From an uncultured virus (IMG/VR IMGVR_UViG_2609459938_000002) (lineage: Duplodnaviria > Heunggongvirae > Uroviricota > Caudoviricetes): DNA of 24,015 nt. Below, one piece after another: positions 1 to 7,892 of the stretch. Under the pieces are notes generated by a model, which worked only from the letters and a program-made list of their open reading frames with translations, was not told the origin of the DNA and did no database searches. The stretch's first letter is position 1, and each line of letters starts with the position of its first letter. The DNA is taken from IMG/VR virus record IMGVR_UViG_2609459938_000002, positions 62,001 through 86,015 of that record, one strand, 5' to 3'. Position numbers and translations under genes: made by a program.

Positions 1-2
1 GC

Positions 3-1025
3 GAAGAAACACTAAAAACGGTCGTTAACACTGACTTTGGTCGCCCTTATCTGCCGCGGGCGAGTACCGAACAGCGTAAAAGCGAACTGCTCGAACAGCG
101 GGCCGAAGATGTCCCGAAACGTTGTGTGCCTGATGGTGTTTGTTTCCTGGTGGCAACGGTTGACGTTCAGGGGGGACGTAATCGCCGCTTTGTCGTTCAG
201 GTCACTGGCTACGGAAGCATGGGCGAACGGTGGCTGGTGGACCGTTATAACATCCGCCAGTCACTCCGCTGCGACGCTAACGGCGAAAGCCTGCCCATCG
301 ATCCAGCCAGTTACCCGGAGGACTGGGATCTGCTGCTGACCGATGTCTTTTACAAGACGTGGCGAATGGCATCCGATCCCCGCCGGTGTATGCGCCTGAT
401 GGCAATGGCAGTCGATTCCGGCGGTGAGGATGGTGTCACCGATAATGCCTACCGATTCTGGCGTAAATGCCGTCGGGAGGGAATTGGCCGGAATGTTTAC
501 CTGTTTAAAGGTGACGGTCATCGACGCGAAAAGCTGATCACCCAATCCCTGCCAGATAACACCGGCCGTTCGGCGCGCCGGGCGAAAGCCGCTGGGGATG
601 TCCCGCTATATCTGCTGCAAACCAATGACCTCAAAGACCGGGTAAACAATGCCTTGTGGCGCGAAACACCGGGGCCGAATTACATCCATTTCCCGAAGTG
701 GCTGGGGAGCTGGTTTTACGACGAACTGACTTACGAGGAGCGTGATTCTGATGGCAAATGGAGCAAGCCGGGTCGCGGCGCCAACGAAGCTTTTGACCTG
801 CTGGTTTACGCTGATGCGCTGGTTATCCTTCGCGGATACGAAAAAATTAAATGGCCTGATGCGCCTGACTGGGCGCGGCGGGAAACGTGGATGGAGAACG
901 TGCCGCCGGAAACTGGCGAAGAAGCACCCCCGGCGCCAGCGCCGGTGCAGACCAAAAAGCGCAAACGCAAAAAAACCGTAACTGATGATGCTAACCCATG
1001 GGCCACCTCAGGAGGCTGGTTATGA
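3..1025 (+). CDS. gpA: Terminase large subunit (lambda gpA family), C-terminal nuclease part; 5'-partial
   Basis: The frame is open from nt 3 (EETLKTVVNTDFGRPY...), upstream of the ORF-track start at 126. It shows gpA-like motifs LVATVDVQG, MAVDSGG and RGANEAFDLLVYA, and lies directly before the W and portal genes. Confidence 0.93.
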   Translation, partial: EETLKTVVNTDFGRPYLPRASTEQRKSELLEQRAEDVPKRCVPDGVCFLVATVDVQGGRNRRFVVQVTGYGSMGERWLVDRYNIRQSLRCDANGESLPIDPASYPEDWDLLLTDVFYKTWRMASDPRRCMRLMAMAVDSGGEDGVTDNAYRFWRKCRREGIGRNVYLFKGDGHRREKLITQSLPDNTGRSARRAKAAGDVPLYLLQTNDLKDRVNNALWRETPGPNYIHFPKWLGSWFYDELTYEERDSDGKWSKPGRGANEAFDLLVYADALVILRGYEKIKWPDAPDWARRETWMENVPPETGEEAPPAPAPVQTKKRKRKKTVTDDANPWATSGGWL

Positions 1026-1234
1026 ATAAAAGTGATATTGAGGCCATGATCCAGCGCTATGCCGAAGCGGAGATGGCGGTACTGGATGGCAAATCCATCA
1101 AATTTAACGGTCAGGAAATGACTATGGAAAACCTGTCCGAAATCCGTAAAGGGCGGCAGGAGTGGGAGCGGCGTCTTTCTTCCCTGAATAATCAGCGCCG
1201 GGGGCGGCCTGGCTACAAACTGGCGAGGTTTTAA
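1022..1234 (+). CDS. gpW: Head-completion/adaptor protein, gpW-like (70 aa)
   Basis: GGAGG at 1011-1015 and ATG at 1022 overlapping the terminase stop (ATGA). Small protein (MNKSDIEAMIQRYAEAEMAVLDGKSIKFNGQEMTMENL...) between terminase and portal, the gpW position. Confidence 0.8.
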   Translation: MNKSDIEAMIQRYAEAEMAVLDGKSIKFNGQEMTMENLSEIRKGRQEWERRLSSLNNQRRGRPGYKLARF

Positions 1235-2736
1235 TGTCTTTACTTGATGATGCGATAGGTGTCATTTCTCCCGGCTGGAAGGCTGCGAGGCTAAGATCCC
1301 GCGCCATGATACAGGCATATGAAGCCGTTAAGCCCACCCGCACCCACAAAGCCCGAAGAGAGAATCGTTCCGCTGACCAGCTCAGCAAGATGGGGGCCGT
1401 CTCTCTCCGTGAGCAGGCGAGGTGGCTTGATAATAACCACGATTTAGTGATTGGCATTTTCGATAAGCTTGAAGAGCGGGTGGTAGGTAAAAGCGGGATT
1501 ATCGTGGAGCCGCATCCGAAGCTCAAGAATGGCAAGATCGCTAAAAAGCTGGCGGCGGATATCCGGCAGAAATGGGGGGAATGGTCTATTCGACCGGAAG
1601 TGACCCATCAGTTTACCCGCCCCATGCTGGAGCGCCTGATGTTACGCAGCTGGTTGCGCGACGGGGAGGTTTTTGCACAGATCGTCAGCGGCACAGGCAA
1701 TGGCCTGACGCCTACCGCCGGGGTGCCGTTCTGGCTGGAAGCGCTTGAGGCTGATTTTGTTCCCCAGACCAGCAACGAGTCAGACAAGCTAAATCAGGGT
1801 GTATATACCGATAACTGGGGCAGGCCAAAGGGCTATCTGGTTTATAAAAGCCTGCCGGTCTCTGGCAGGCAACTGGAAACGAAACGGGTTGATGCGGAAA
1901 ACATGCTCCACCTGAAGTTTGTCCGCCGGCTGCATCAGACGCGCGGAACGTCGCTTTTGTCCGGCGTTCTTATGCGACTCAGTGCTCTGAAAGAATACGA
2001 AGATGCTGAACTGACTGCAGCACGCATCGCCGCCGCCCTTGGGATGTATATCAAAAAAGGGGATGGGCAAAGCTGGGATGAAAACGCCGGTAAGGATGAC
2101 GATCGTGAGCTGAATATTCAGCCCGGCATTATCTACGACGACCTGCTGCCCGGCGAGGATATCGGCATGGTCAAATCCGATCGCCCGAATCCCAATCTTG
2201 AAACCTTCCGCAACGGCCAGCTGCGAGCTGTGTCTGCGGGCAGCCGTCTGAGTTTTTCCAGTACCGCCAGAAACTATAACGGCACTTACAGTGCTCAGCG
2301 GCAGGAGCTGGTGGAATCGACAGACGGATATCTCATTCTCCAGGACTGGTTTATTGGCGCAGTGACACGTCCGATGTATCGCGCCTGGCTGAAGATGGCT
2401 GTCGCCAGCGGCCAAATCACGTTACCACGCGGGCTGGATATTGAGTCCTTATACACCGCTGTGTATTCCGGCCCGGTCATGCCATGGATTGATCCCGTCA
2501 AGGAGGCTAATGCCTGGAAGGCTCAAATACGCGGTGGCGCTGCGACGGAATCAGACTGGGTTCGTGCCAGCGGGCGTCATCCCGATGATGTGAAAGCACG
2601 CCGGAAGGCCGAAATCGATGAAAACCGTGAGCAGGGGCTGATATTTGATACTGATCCTGCCAATGACAGAGGAGGCACCAGTGCCGATGCCAAAGACCTG
2701 GACGCTTCAACGTCCGAAAGCAAGCGTAAAAAGTAA
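1234..2736 (+). CDS. gpB: Portal protein, lambda family (500 aa)
   Basis: TAATG coupling to the upstream gene. Lambda-portal-like motifs RSWLRDGEVF, HLKFVRRLHQTRGTS, NYNGTYSAQRQELVE and MPWIDPVKEA. Size and synteny fit. Confidence 0.95.
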   Translation: MSLLDDAIGVISPGWKAARLRSRAMIQAYEAVKPTRTHKARRENRSADQLSKMGAVSLREQARWLDNNHDLVIGIFDKLEERVVGKSGIIVEPHPKLKNGKIAKKLAADIRQKWGEWSIRPEVTHQFTRPMLERLMLRSWLRDGEVFAQIVSGTGNGLTPTAGVPFWLEALEADFVPQTSNESDKLNQGVYTDNWGRPKGYLVYKSLPVSGRQLETKRVDAENMLHLKFVRRLHQTRGTSLLSGVLMRLSALKEYEDAELTAARIAAALGMYIKKGDGQSWDENAGKDDDRELNIQPGIIYDDLLPGEDIGMVKSDRPNPNLETFRNGQLRAVSAGSRLSFSSTARNYNGTYSAQRQELVESTDGYLILQDWFIGAVTRPMYRAWLKMAVASGQITLPRGLDIESLYTAVYSGPVMPWIDPVKEANAWKAQIRGGAATESDWVRASGRHPDDVKARRKAEIDENREQGLIFDTDPANDRGGTSADAKDLDASTSESKRKK

Positions 2737-4708
2737 TACGTGGTTCCGTATGAAGGCGAGCGCCAACAACGAAGCGGATATCTATATCTATGATGAAATT
2801 GGTTATTGGGGAGTGACGGCCAAACAGTTTGTTAACGACCTTAAAGCGCTGGGTGATGTCAGCCATATTAATCTTCACATTAACTCGCCTGGTGGCGATG
2901 TCTTTGATGGCATCGCCATTTTTAATGCCCTGAAACATCACGGTGCCGCAATCACCGTTCACATAGATGGCCTGGCTGCCTCCATGGCTTCTGTCATCGC
3001 AATGGTGGGTAATCCGGTCATCATGCCGGAAAACACCATGATGATGATCCATAAGCCATGGGGCTTTGCCGGCGGCGATGCCAACGACATGCGCGACTAC
3101 GCTGATTTGCTGGATAAAGTTGAATCGGTCTTAATCCCCGCCTATGCAGCAAAAACCGGAAAAACCTCTGATGAGATTGCCGCAATGCTGGAAGACGAAA
3201 CCTGGCTGGATGGCGCTGAATGCCTTGCCATGGGTTTTGCTGACCAGGTGATCCCATCCCTTCAGGCAATGGCCTGTATTCATTCAAAACGTATTGAGGA
3301 ATTTGAAAAAATGCCAAACAGCATTCGTAATATGGTCACCCCGCCGCGTAATTCCACCCAGCGCGAACCGCAGCAGCCTGTACCACAACCTCAGGCACAC
3401 CAACCTACCGCCCCTCAGCCTGCCGCTGTGGATGAGAATGCTATCCGGGCGCAGGTTTATGCCGAACAGCGTAACCGTGTGAACGGGATTAATGATCTGT
3501 TTGCTATGTTCGGCGGTAAGCACCAGGAGCTGCAAAACCAGTGTATTGCGGACCCCGATTGCACTGTGGAGCAGGCGAAAGATGTTCTGCTGGCTGCTCT
3601 GGGCAAGGCTGCTACTCCATCGAACAAAAGCGAACAGCCGCACATTTATGCCGGGAACGGGAATTTTGTTGGCGATGGCATCCGCCAGGCGCTGATGGCC
3701 CGTGCAGGGTATGAAAATCAGGAGCGCGATAACGTGTACAACGGGATGACGCTACGTGAGTATGCGCGTATGGCACTGACGGAACGCGGTATCGGGGTCG
3801 CCAGTTACAATCCGATGCAGATGGTTGGCCTGGCGTTGACTCACAGTACCTCTGATTTTGGCAATATTCTGCTCGACGTGGCGAATAAGGCGCTTCTGCA
3901 GGGGTGGGATGAGGCAGCAGAGACCTTTGATCTGTGGACGAAGAAAGGTCAGTTGTCTGATTTTAAAACTGCTCACCGCGTGGGAATGGGCGGTTTTAAC
4001 TCCCTCCGCAAGGTTCGCGAAGGGGCTGAATATAAATATGTGACCACGGGCGATAAAGGCGAAACGATCGCACTGGCTACCTATGGGGAAATTTTCTCAA
4101 TTACCCGCCAGGCGATTATCAACGATGATCTGAACGCATTGACTGACGTCCCGGCGAAAATGGGACGTGCTGCGAAAGCTACCATTGGTGATTTGGTATA
4201 TGCGATTCTGCTGGATAACCCGAAACTGTCCGACGGCAAACCGCTGTTCCATGCCGATCACAAAAACCTCTCCTCTGGCGCCATTTCTGTTTCGAGCATT
4301 GATGGTGCCCGCAAACTGATGCGCCTGCAGAAAGAAGGGGAACGATCGCTGAATATTCGTCCAGCTTACATGCTGGTGCCGGTAGGGCTCGAAACGATTG
4401 CCAGTCAGACCATTAAATCGGCAAGCGTTAAGGGCGCAGATATTAACGCCGGGATCATTAACCCTATCCAGAACTTTGCCGAAGTGATTGCTGAAGCACG
4501 GCTGGATGACAAGGATCCGAACGCCTGGTACCTGGCCGCTGCGAAAGGCACCGATACCATCGAAGTAGCTTATCTGAATGGTGTTGACACGCCTTACATT
4601 GACCAGCAGGAAGGTTTCAATACCGACGGGATCGCCACGAAGGTGCGTATCGATGCGGGTGTTGCGCCGTTAGACTTCCGCGGCCTGGCGAAATCAACTG
4701 GCAAGTAA
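2681..4708 (+). CDS. ClpP-like (S14) prohead protease / scaffold / major capsid protein fusion
   Basis: GGAGG at 2671-2675 precedes GTG 2681 (ATG 2687 is an alternative start). ClpP-like motifs INSPGGDVFDG, DGLAASMASVI (Ser), MMIHKPW (His) and ETWL...GFAD. A Pro/Gln-rich linker follows, then a capsid-like region (HSTSDFGNILLDVANK...TYGEIFSITRQAIINDD...KVRIDAGVAPLDFRGL). No separate capsid gene is present. Confidence 0.92.
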   Translation: MPMPKTWTLQRPKASVKSNTWFRMKASANNEADIYIYDEIGYWGVTAKQFVNDLKALGDVSHINLHINSPGGDVFDGIAIFNALKHHGAAITVHIDGLAASMASVIAMVGNPVIMPENTMMMIHKPWGFAGGDANDMRDYADLLDKVESVLIPAYAAKTGKTSDEIAAMLEDETWLDGAECLAMGFADQVIPSLQAMACIHSKRIEEFEKMPNSIRNMVTPPRNSTQREPQQPVPQPQAHQPTAPQPAAVDENAIRAQVYAEQRNRVNGINDLFAMFGGKHQELQNQCIADPDCTVEQAKDVLLAALGKAATPSNKSEQPHIYAGNGNFVGDGIRQALMARAGYENQERDNVYNGMTLREYARMALTERGIGVASYNPMQMVGLALTHSTSDFGNILLDVANKALLQGWDEAAETFDLWTKKGQLSDFKTAHRVGMGGFNSLRKVREGAEYKYVTTGDKGETIALATYGEIFSITRQAIINDDLNALTDVPAKMGRAAKATIGDLVYAILLDNPKLSDGKPLFHADHKNLSSGAISVSSIDGARKLMRLQKEGERSLNIRPAYMLVPVGLETIASQTIKSASVKGADINAGIINPIQNFAEVIAEARLDDKDPNAWYLAAAKGTDTIEVAYLNGVDTPYIDQQEGFNTDGIATKVRIDAGVAPLDFRGLAKSTGK

Positions 4709-4732
4709 TTCTCTGCCAACTCATATCTCATT

Positions 4733-4752
4733 AGCCCATCAGGGCTTTTTTT
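4733..4752 (+). terminator. Intrinsic terminator-like hairpin after the capsid gene
   Basis: AGCCC-ATCA-GGGCT followed by a T run to 4752, 24 nt after the stop codon. Confidence 0.6.
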
Positions 4753-4791
4753 ATACCTGAAATCAGCCCTGCGGGGCTGCCAGGAGATGTT

Positions 4792-5118
4792 ATGGCTAAA
4801 AACTTTGTGCAGGAAGGAAAGACGATTCATCTGGTTAATGCCGGACAGGAACCGATTCTGAGTGGGGCAGCTGTTGTTGTCGGTGAGCTGATTGCTATCG
4901 CGATCACTGATATTCCCGGCGGCGATACTGGCGATGGTCTTACTGAAGGGGTATTCCAGCTGCCGAAGCTGCCCGCTGATGAAATTAAAGCGGGAAAGAA
5001 GGTGTATTTCAAGGCGGGCAAGGTACAGCTGGAAGCAACAGGCGCAGTTTTTGCTGGGGTTGCCTGGGAAGATGCGGGCTCAAACAGTACCGTCATTGAC
5101 GTCAAGATCAATGCCTAA
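4792..5118 (+). CDS. DUF2190-like small head protein (capsid decoration/cement candidate)
   Basis: AGGAG at 4782-4786. MAKNFVQEGKTI...GEL.AIA.TDI..G.TG...TEGVFQLPK is the pattern of the family typically found after protease-capsid fusions. Confidence 0.75.
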   Translation: MAKNFVQEGKTIHLVNAGQEPILSGAAVVVGELIAIAITDIPGGDTGDGLTEGVFQLPKLPADEIKAGKKVYFKAGKVQLEATGAVFAGVAWEDAGSNSTVIDVKINA

Positions 5119-5386
5119 CCCTTTCGACAAGATGGCGGCCCGGATGGATGCCGCCACCCTCAAAAAAATGGGTAAGGAAGCGGTCATTAACGGCATAAGC
5201 GTGGACGTCGTGCCTGCTGAGTTGCTGGAGGAGATGGGCGCACTTTCCGGAGCCGCCACGGTGCTGGTCGTGTTTGCTGCTGGTTATCGGCCCGCCAGAA
5301 ACGATGCCGTGGAATATGACGGTAAAGACTGGATCGTTACCCGCTATCAGTTTTTTAACGGGAAGCCTCAAATCTGGCTGGAGTGA
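5111..5386 (+). CDS. Head-tail joining protein (FII-like, Gifsy-2/phage-attachment type), 91 aa
   Basis: ATG 5111 overlaps the end of the upstream gene (MPNPFDKMAARMDAATLKKMG...). It sits immediately before gpZ. The longer ORF-track start at 4892 is rejected. Confidence 0.7.
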   Translation: MPNPFDKMAARMDAATLKKMGKEAVINGISVDVVPAELLEEMGALSGAATVLVVFAAGYRPARNDAVEYDGKDWIVTRYQFFNGKPQIWLE

Positions 5387-5389
5387 ATC

Positions 5390-5968
5390 ATGTCTCTGAA
5401 AGGTCTTGAGCGTGCTATCCAGAATCTGAACAGTCTGAGCCGACTGATGGTACCGACGGCTACCGCGCAGGCGCTTAACCGGGTTGCCGGGCGAACAATT
5501 ACGCAAGGTAGCCGCAAGGTGGCGAAAGAGGCAACGGTTGGTGATAACCGCAAAAAAGGGTTGCCGGTGAGGCTGGTCCGGCAGCGGTCGCGTCTTAAGC
5601 GCGCGAAATCTGATCGTCTGGTGGCGGCCATTCGTATTAACAGAGGGAACCTGCCTGCAATCAAACTGGGTGCTGCACGGGTGCAGCTTTCGAGGCGAAA
5701 AGGCGAAAAACGCGGGCGCGGGAGTGTGCTTCGTATTGGACCGTACATTTTCAAAAATGCATTTATCCAGCAGCTTACGAACGGGCGGTGGCAGGTGATG
5801 CACCGTCTGGGTAAATCCCGCTACCCGATTGATGTTGTGAAAGTTCCTCTCGAAACCCCGTTAACCCAAAACTTCACCGCTATATCAAAGCAGCTTATCG
5901 ACAGTGACATGCCGAAGGAGCTGTCGTCCGCGCTGAAAAATCAACTGAGGATCCACCTGAAGCGATGA
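5390..5968 (+). CDS. gpZ: Minor tail protein Z
   Basis: MSLKGLERAIQNLNSL...AQALNRVA...IRINRGNLPAIKLG...FIQQLTNGRWQVM..RYPIDVVKVP resembles lambda gpZ. Basic protein in the expected position. Confidence 0.92.
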   Translation: MSLKGLERAIQNLNSLSRLMVPTATAQALNRVAGRTITQGSRKVAKEATVGDNRKKGLPVRLVRQRSRLKRAKSDRLVAAIRINRGNLPAIKLGAARVQLSRRKGEKRGRGSVLRIGPYIFKNAFIQQLTNGRWQVMHRLGKSRYPIDVVKVPLETPLTQNFTAISKQLIDSDMPKELSSALKNQLRIHLKR

Positions 5969-6366
5969 GCAAACACACCGCTATTCGTCTTGCTGTTCTG
6001 GACCAGTTAAAGACGTCCATTCCGGACCGTGTGACATGGTTTGACGGACGCCCTGTCTTTCTGGAAGAGCAGGATCTACCGGCGCTCGCAGTCTATCTGA
6101 CGGATGCCGAATACACGGGAGAAAGCCTGGATGAGGATAGCTGGCAAGCAGTCCTTCATATCGAGGTATTTCTGAAATCCACCACGCCGGATAGCGCGCT
6201 GGATGCGTGGATGGAAGAGAAGGTGTATCCGGCTCTTGAAACTATCCCGGCGCTATTTCCCTTAATCGAAACGATGATCCCCATGGGCTACGACTACCAG
6301 CGTGATGACGAAATGGCCACCTGGGGATCGGTCGATCTGACCTATACCCTCACTTATTTTAGATAA
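5965..6366 (+). CDS. gpU: Tail terminator / minor tail protein U
   Basis: [12 protein letters not shown]...FDGRPVFL...[15 protein letters not shown]...LHIEVFL...GYDYQRDDE is gpU-like. ATGA overlap with Z. Confidence 0.93.
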   Translation: MSKHTAIRLAVLDQLKTSIPDRVTWFDGRPVFLEEQDLPALAVYLTDAEYTGESLDEDSWQAVLHIEVFLKSTTPDSALDAWMEEKVYPALETIPALFPLIETMIPMGYDYQRDDEMATWGSVDLTYTLTYFR

Positions 6367-6374
6367 GGAATTTT

Positions 6375-7118
6375 ATGGCAACTCCTAATCCAATGGCCCC
6401 GGTAAAAGGGGCTGGTACCACGCTCTGGCTGTATACCGGAACGGGGAACCCCTACGCTAACCCGCTTTCCGATGCTGACTGGCAGCGCCTGGCGAAAATT
6501 AAGGAACTGACGCCGGGCGAAATGACGGCGGAGTCCTACGATGACACCTACCTTGACGATGAAAACGCAGACTGGACTGCGACAGCGCAGGGGGCAAAAT
6601 CGGCAGGTGATACGTCTTTAACCCTGGCCTGGAAGCCAGGGGAAGAGGGGCAAAAGTCGCTGGTGGCCTGGTTTGTCGATGGCGATGTGCGGGCCTACAA
6701 AATTAAATACCCGAATGGCACCGTGGATGTGTTCAAAGGGTGGTGCAGTAGCCTGGGTAAAGCCATTCCCGCGAAGGAAGTGATCACCCGTACAGCCAAA
6801 ATCACCAATACCGGGAAACCTGAACTGGCGGAAGAAAGCGGTAATCCGCCGATCGCGGTGACCGGGATCAAACTCGATAAGGCAACGGCCAGCGTGGCAG
6901 TCGGCACCACCACAACGCTAAATGTTACTTTCCTGCCTGCCAGCGCGTCGATGCAGTCGTTCCGCGCAGCGACCTCGGATAGCTCGAAAGCGAAGGTGGT
7001 CGTGAGTGGCAAATCTCTGATCGTCACCGGCGTGGCACCTGGTGCTGCCGACATTATTGTCATGAGTAATGACGGTAATTTTGTGGCGACCTGCAAAACC
7101 ACCGTGACGGCTTCCTGA
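6375..7118 (+). CDS. gpV: Major tail tube protein V with C-terminal Ig-like (Big_2) domain
   Basis: [10 protein letters not shown]...[25 protein letters not shown]...AWKPGEEGQ is lambda gpV-like. The C-terminal [21 protein letters not shown]...SDSSKAKV...[11 protein letters not shown] (about 6850-7112) is an Ig-like pattern. AAGGA SD lies upstream. Confidence 0.95.
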   Translation: MATPNPMAPVKGAGTTLWLYTGTGNPYANPLSDADWQRLAKIKELTPGEMTAESYDDTYLDDENADWTATAQGAKSAGDTSLTLAWKPGEEGQKSLVAWFVDGDVRAYKIKYPNGTVDVFKGWCSSLGKAIPAKEVITRTAKITNTGKPELAEESGNPPIAVTGIKLDKATASVAVGTTTTLNVTFLPASASMQSFRAATSDSSKAKVVVSGKSLIVTGVAPGAADIIVMSNDGNFVATCKTTVTAS

Positions 7119-7134
7119 TAACAGAGGAATGAGC

Positions 7135-7557
7135 ATGTTTCTGAAAAAAGACGAATTTACCCATAACGGCGCTACGGTGCCGATCACCGAATTGTCGGCA
7201 TTGCAGCGCATTACTTATCTCGAATATCTGGCCGCAGAAGAAAAAGCCTTATCCGCCATTTCTGATGACGTGGATGACCAGAAAATGTCCGCCGGGCTGG
7301 TCAGTATGAGTATCCGCGCAGGCGCGCGCCTGATTGCGCTCTCGCTCTGGCATAACGATCCTAAAGGGCCCTCTGAAGAGGAGCTCCACCAGCAGGTGAT
7401 GAGTACCTGGCCGCCGGAAGCGATTGGCAAAGCGGAAATGCAGATCAAGCTGCTCTCCGGCATGCTGGCGCCGGTTGCCGAAGAAGAGCAATCTACGGAT
7501 GAAGATATTGATACCACCGTGCTGGGTGATGAACCTGTTACAGCGGAAAAGCCCTAG
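7135..7557 (+). CDS. gpG: Tail assembly chaperone G
   Basis: AGAGGA at 7123-7128 fits ATG 7135 better than ATG 7129. MFLKKDEFTHNGATVPITELSALQRITYL is gpG-like. Confidence 0.9.
   Translation: MFLKKDEFTHNGATVPITELSALQRITYLEYLAAEEKALSAISDDVDDQKMSAGLVSMSIRAGARLIALSLWHNDPKGPSEEELHQQVMSTWPPEAIGKAEMQIKLLSGMLAPVAEEEQSTDEDIDTTVLGDEPVTAEKP
7545..7551 (+). other. Programmed -1 ribosomal frameshift site (G-T)
   Basis: G_GAA_AAG lies just before CCC TAG at the end of G. The -1 frame reads [29 protein letters not shown]..., continuous with the gpT ORF. Confidence 0.8.
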
Positions 7558-7892
7558 CCAGCGAGCTTGATTTTGTCCTGAAGCTGGCGCGTGAGTTCGG
7601 GCGACCTGACTGGCGCGCCATGCTTGCTGGCATGACGTCCTCCGAGCTGGGCGACTGGCATCACTTTTACCGGGAGCGTTTTTTTCAGGACGCGCAGCTC
7701 GATGCCCACTTCTCCGGGCTGCTTTACACCATTTCAACCTTCTTATACCGGGATCCGGACATCACCCCTGCACACTTCAGCCTGCTGTCTCCCTCCGCTG
7801 AGGCTGCAGCGGATAATATACAGGACGATGAAGCCATGATGCTGGCCGCGGAGGGAATTACAGGAGGCACCAGATATGGCCCAGCAGATTAG
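7548..7892 (+). CDS. gpT: Tail assembly protein T (expressed as the gpGT frameshift fusion)
   Basis: Open in the -1 frame relative to G from the slippery site. The [23 protein letters not shown] motif matches lambda gpT. The ORF-track ATG at 7620 is internal. Confidence 0.9.
   Translation, partial: KALASELDFVLKLAREFGRPDWRAMLAGMTSSELGDWHHFYRERFFQDAQLDAHFSGLLYTISTFLYRDPDITPAHFSLLSPSAEAAADNIQDDEAMMLAAEGITGGTRYGPAD

Noticed and set aside
953..978. KKRKRKK basic patch at the terminase C-terminus resembling a nuclear localisation signal
   Set aside because: A low-complexity basic tail is unremarkable in a DNA- and portal-binding packaging protein. Nothing supports a targeting role.
4892..5110. 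ORF-track N-terminal extensions (starts at 998, 2645, 4892, 10985)
   Set aside because: They overlap upstream genes extensively and lack an SD. Downstream starts at 1022, 2681, 5111 and 11024 fit an SD or gene coupling and the family N-termini.
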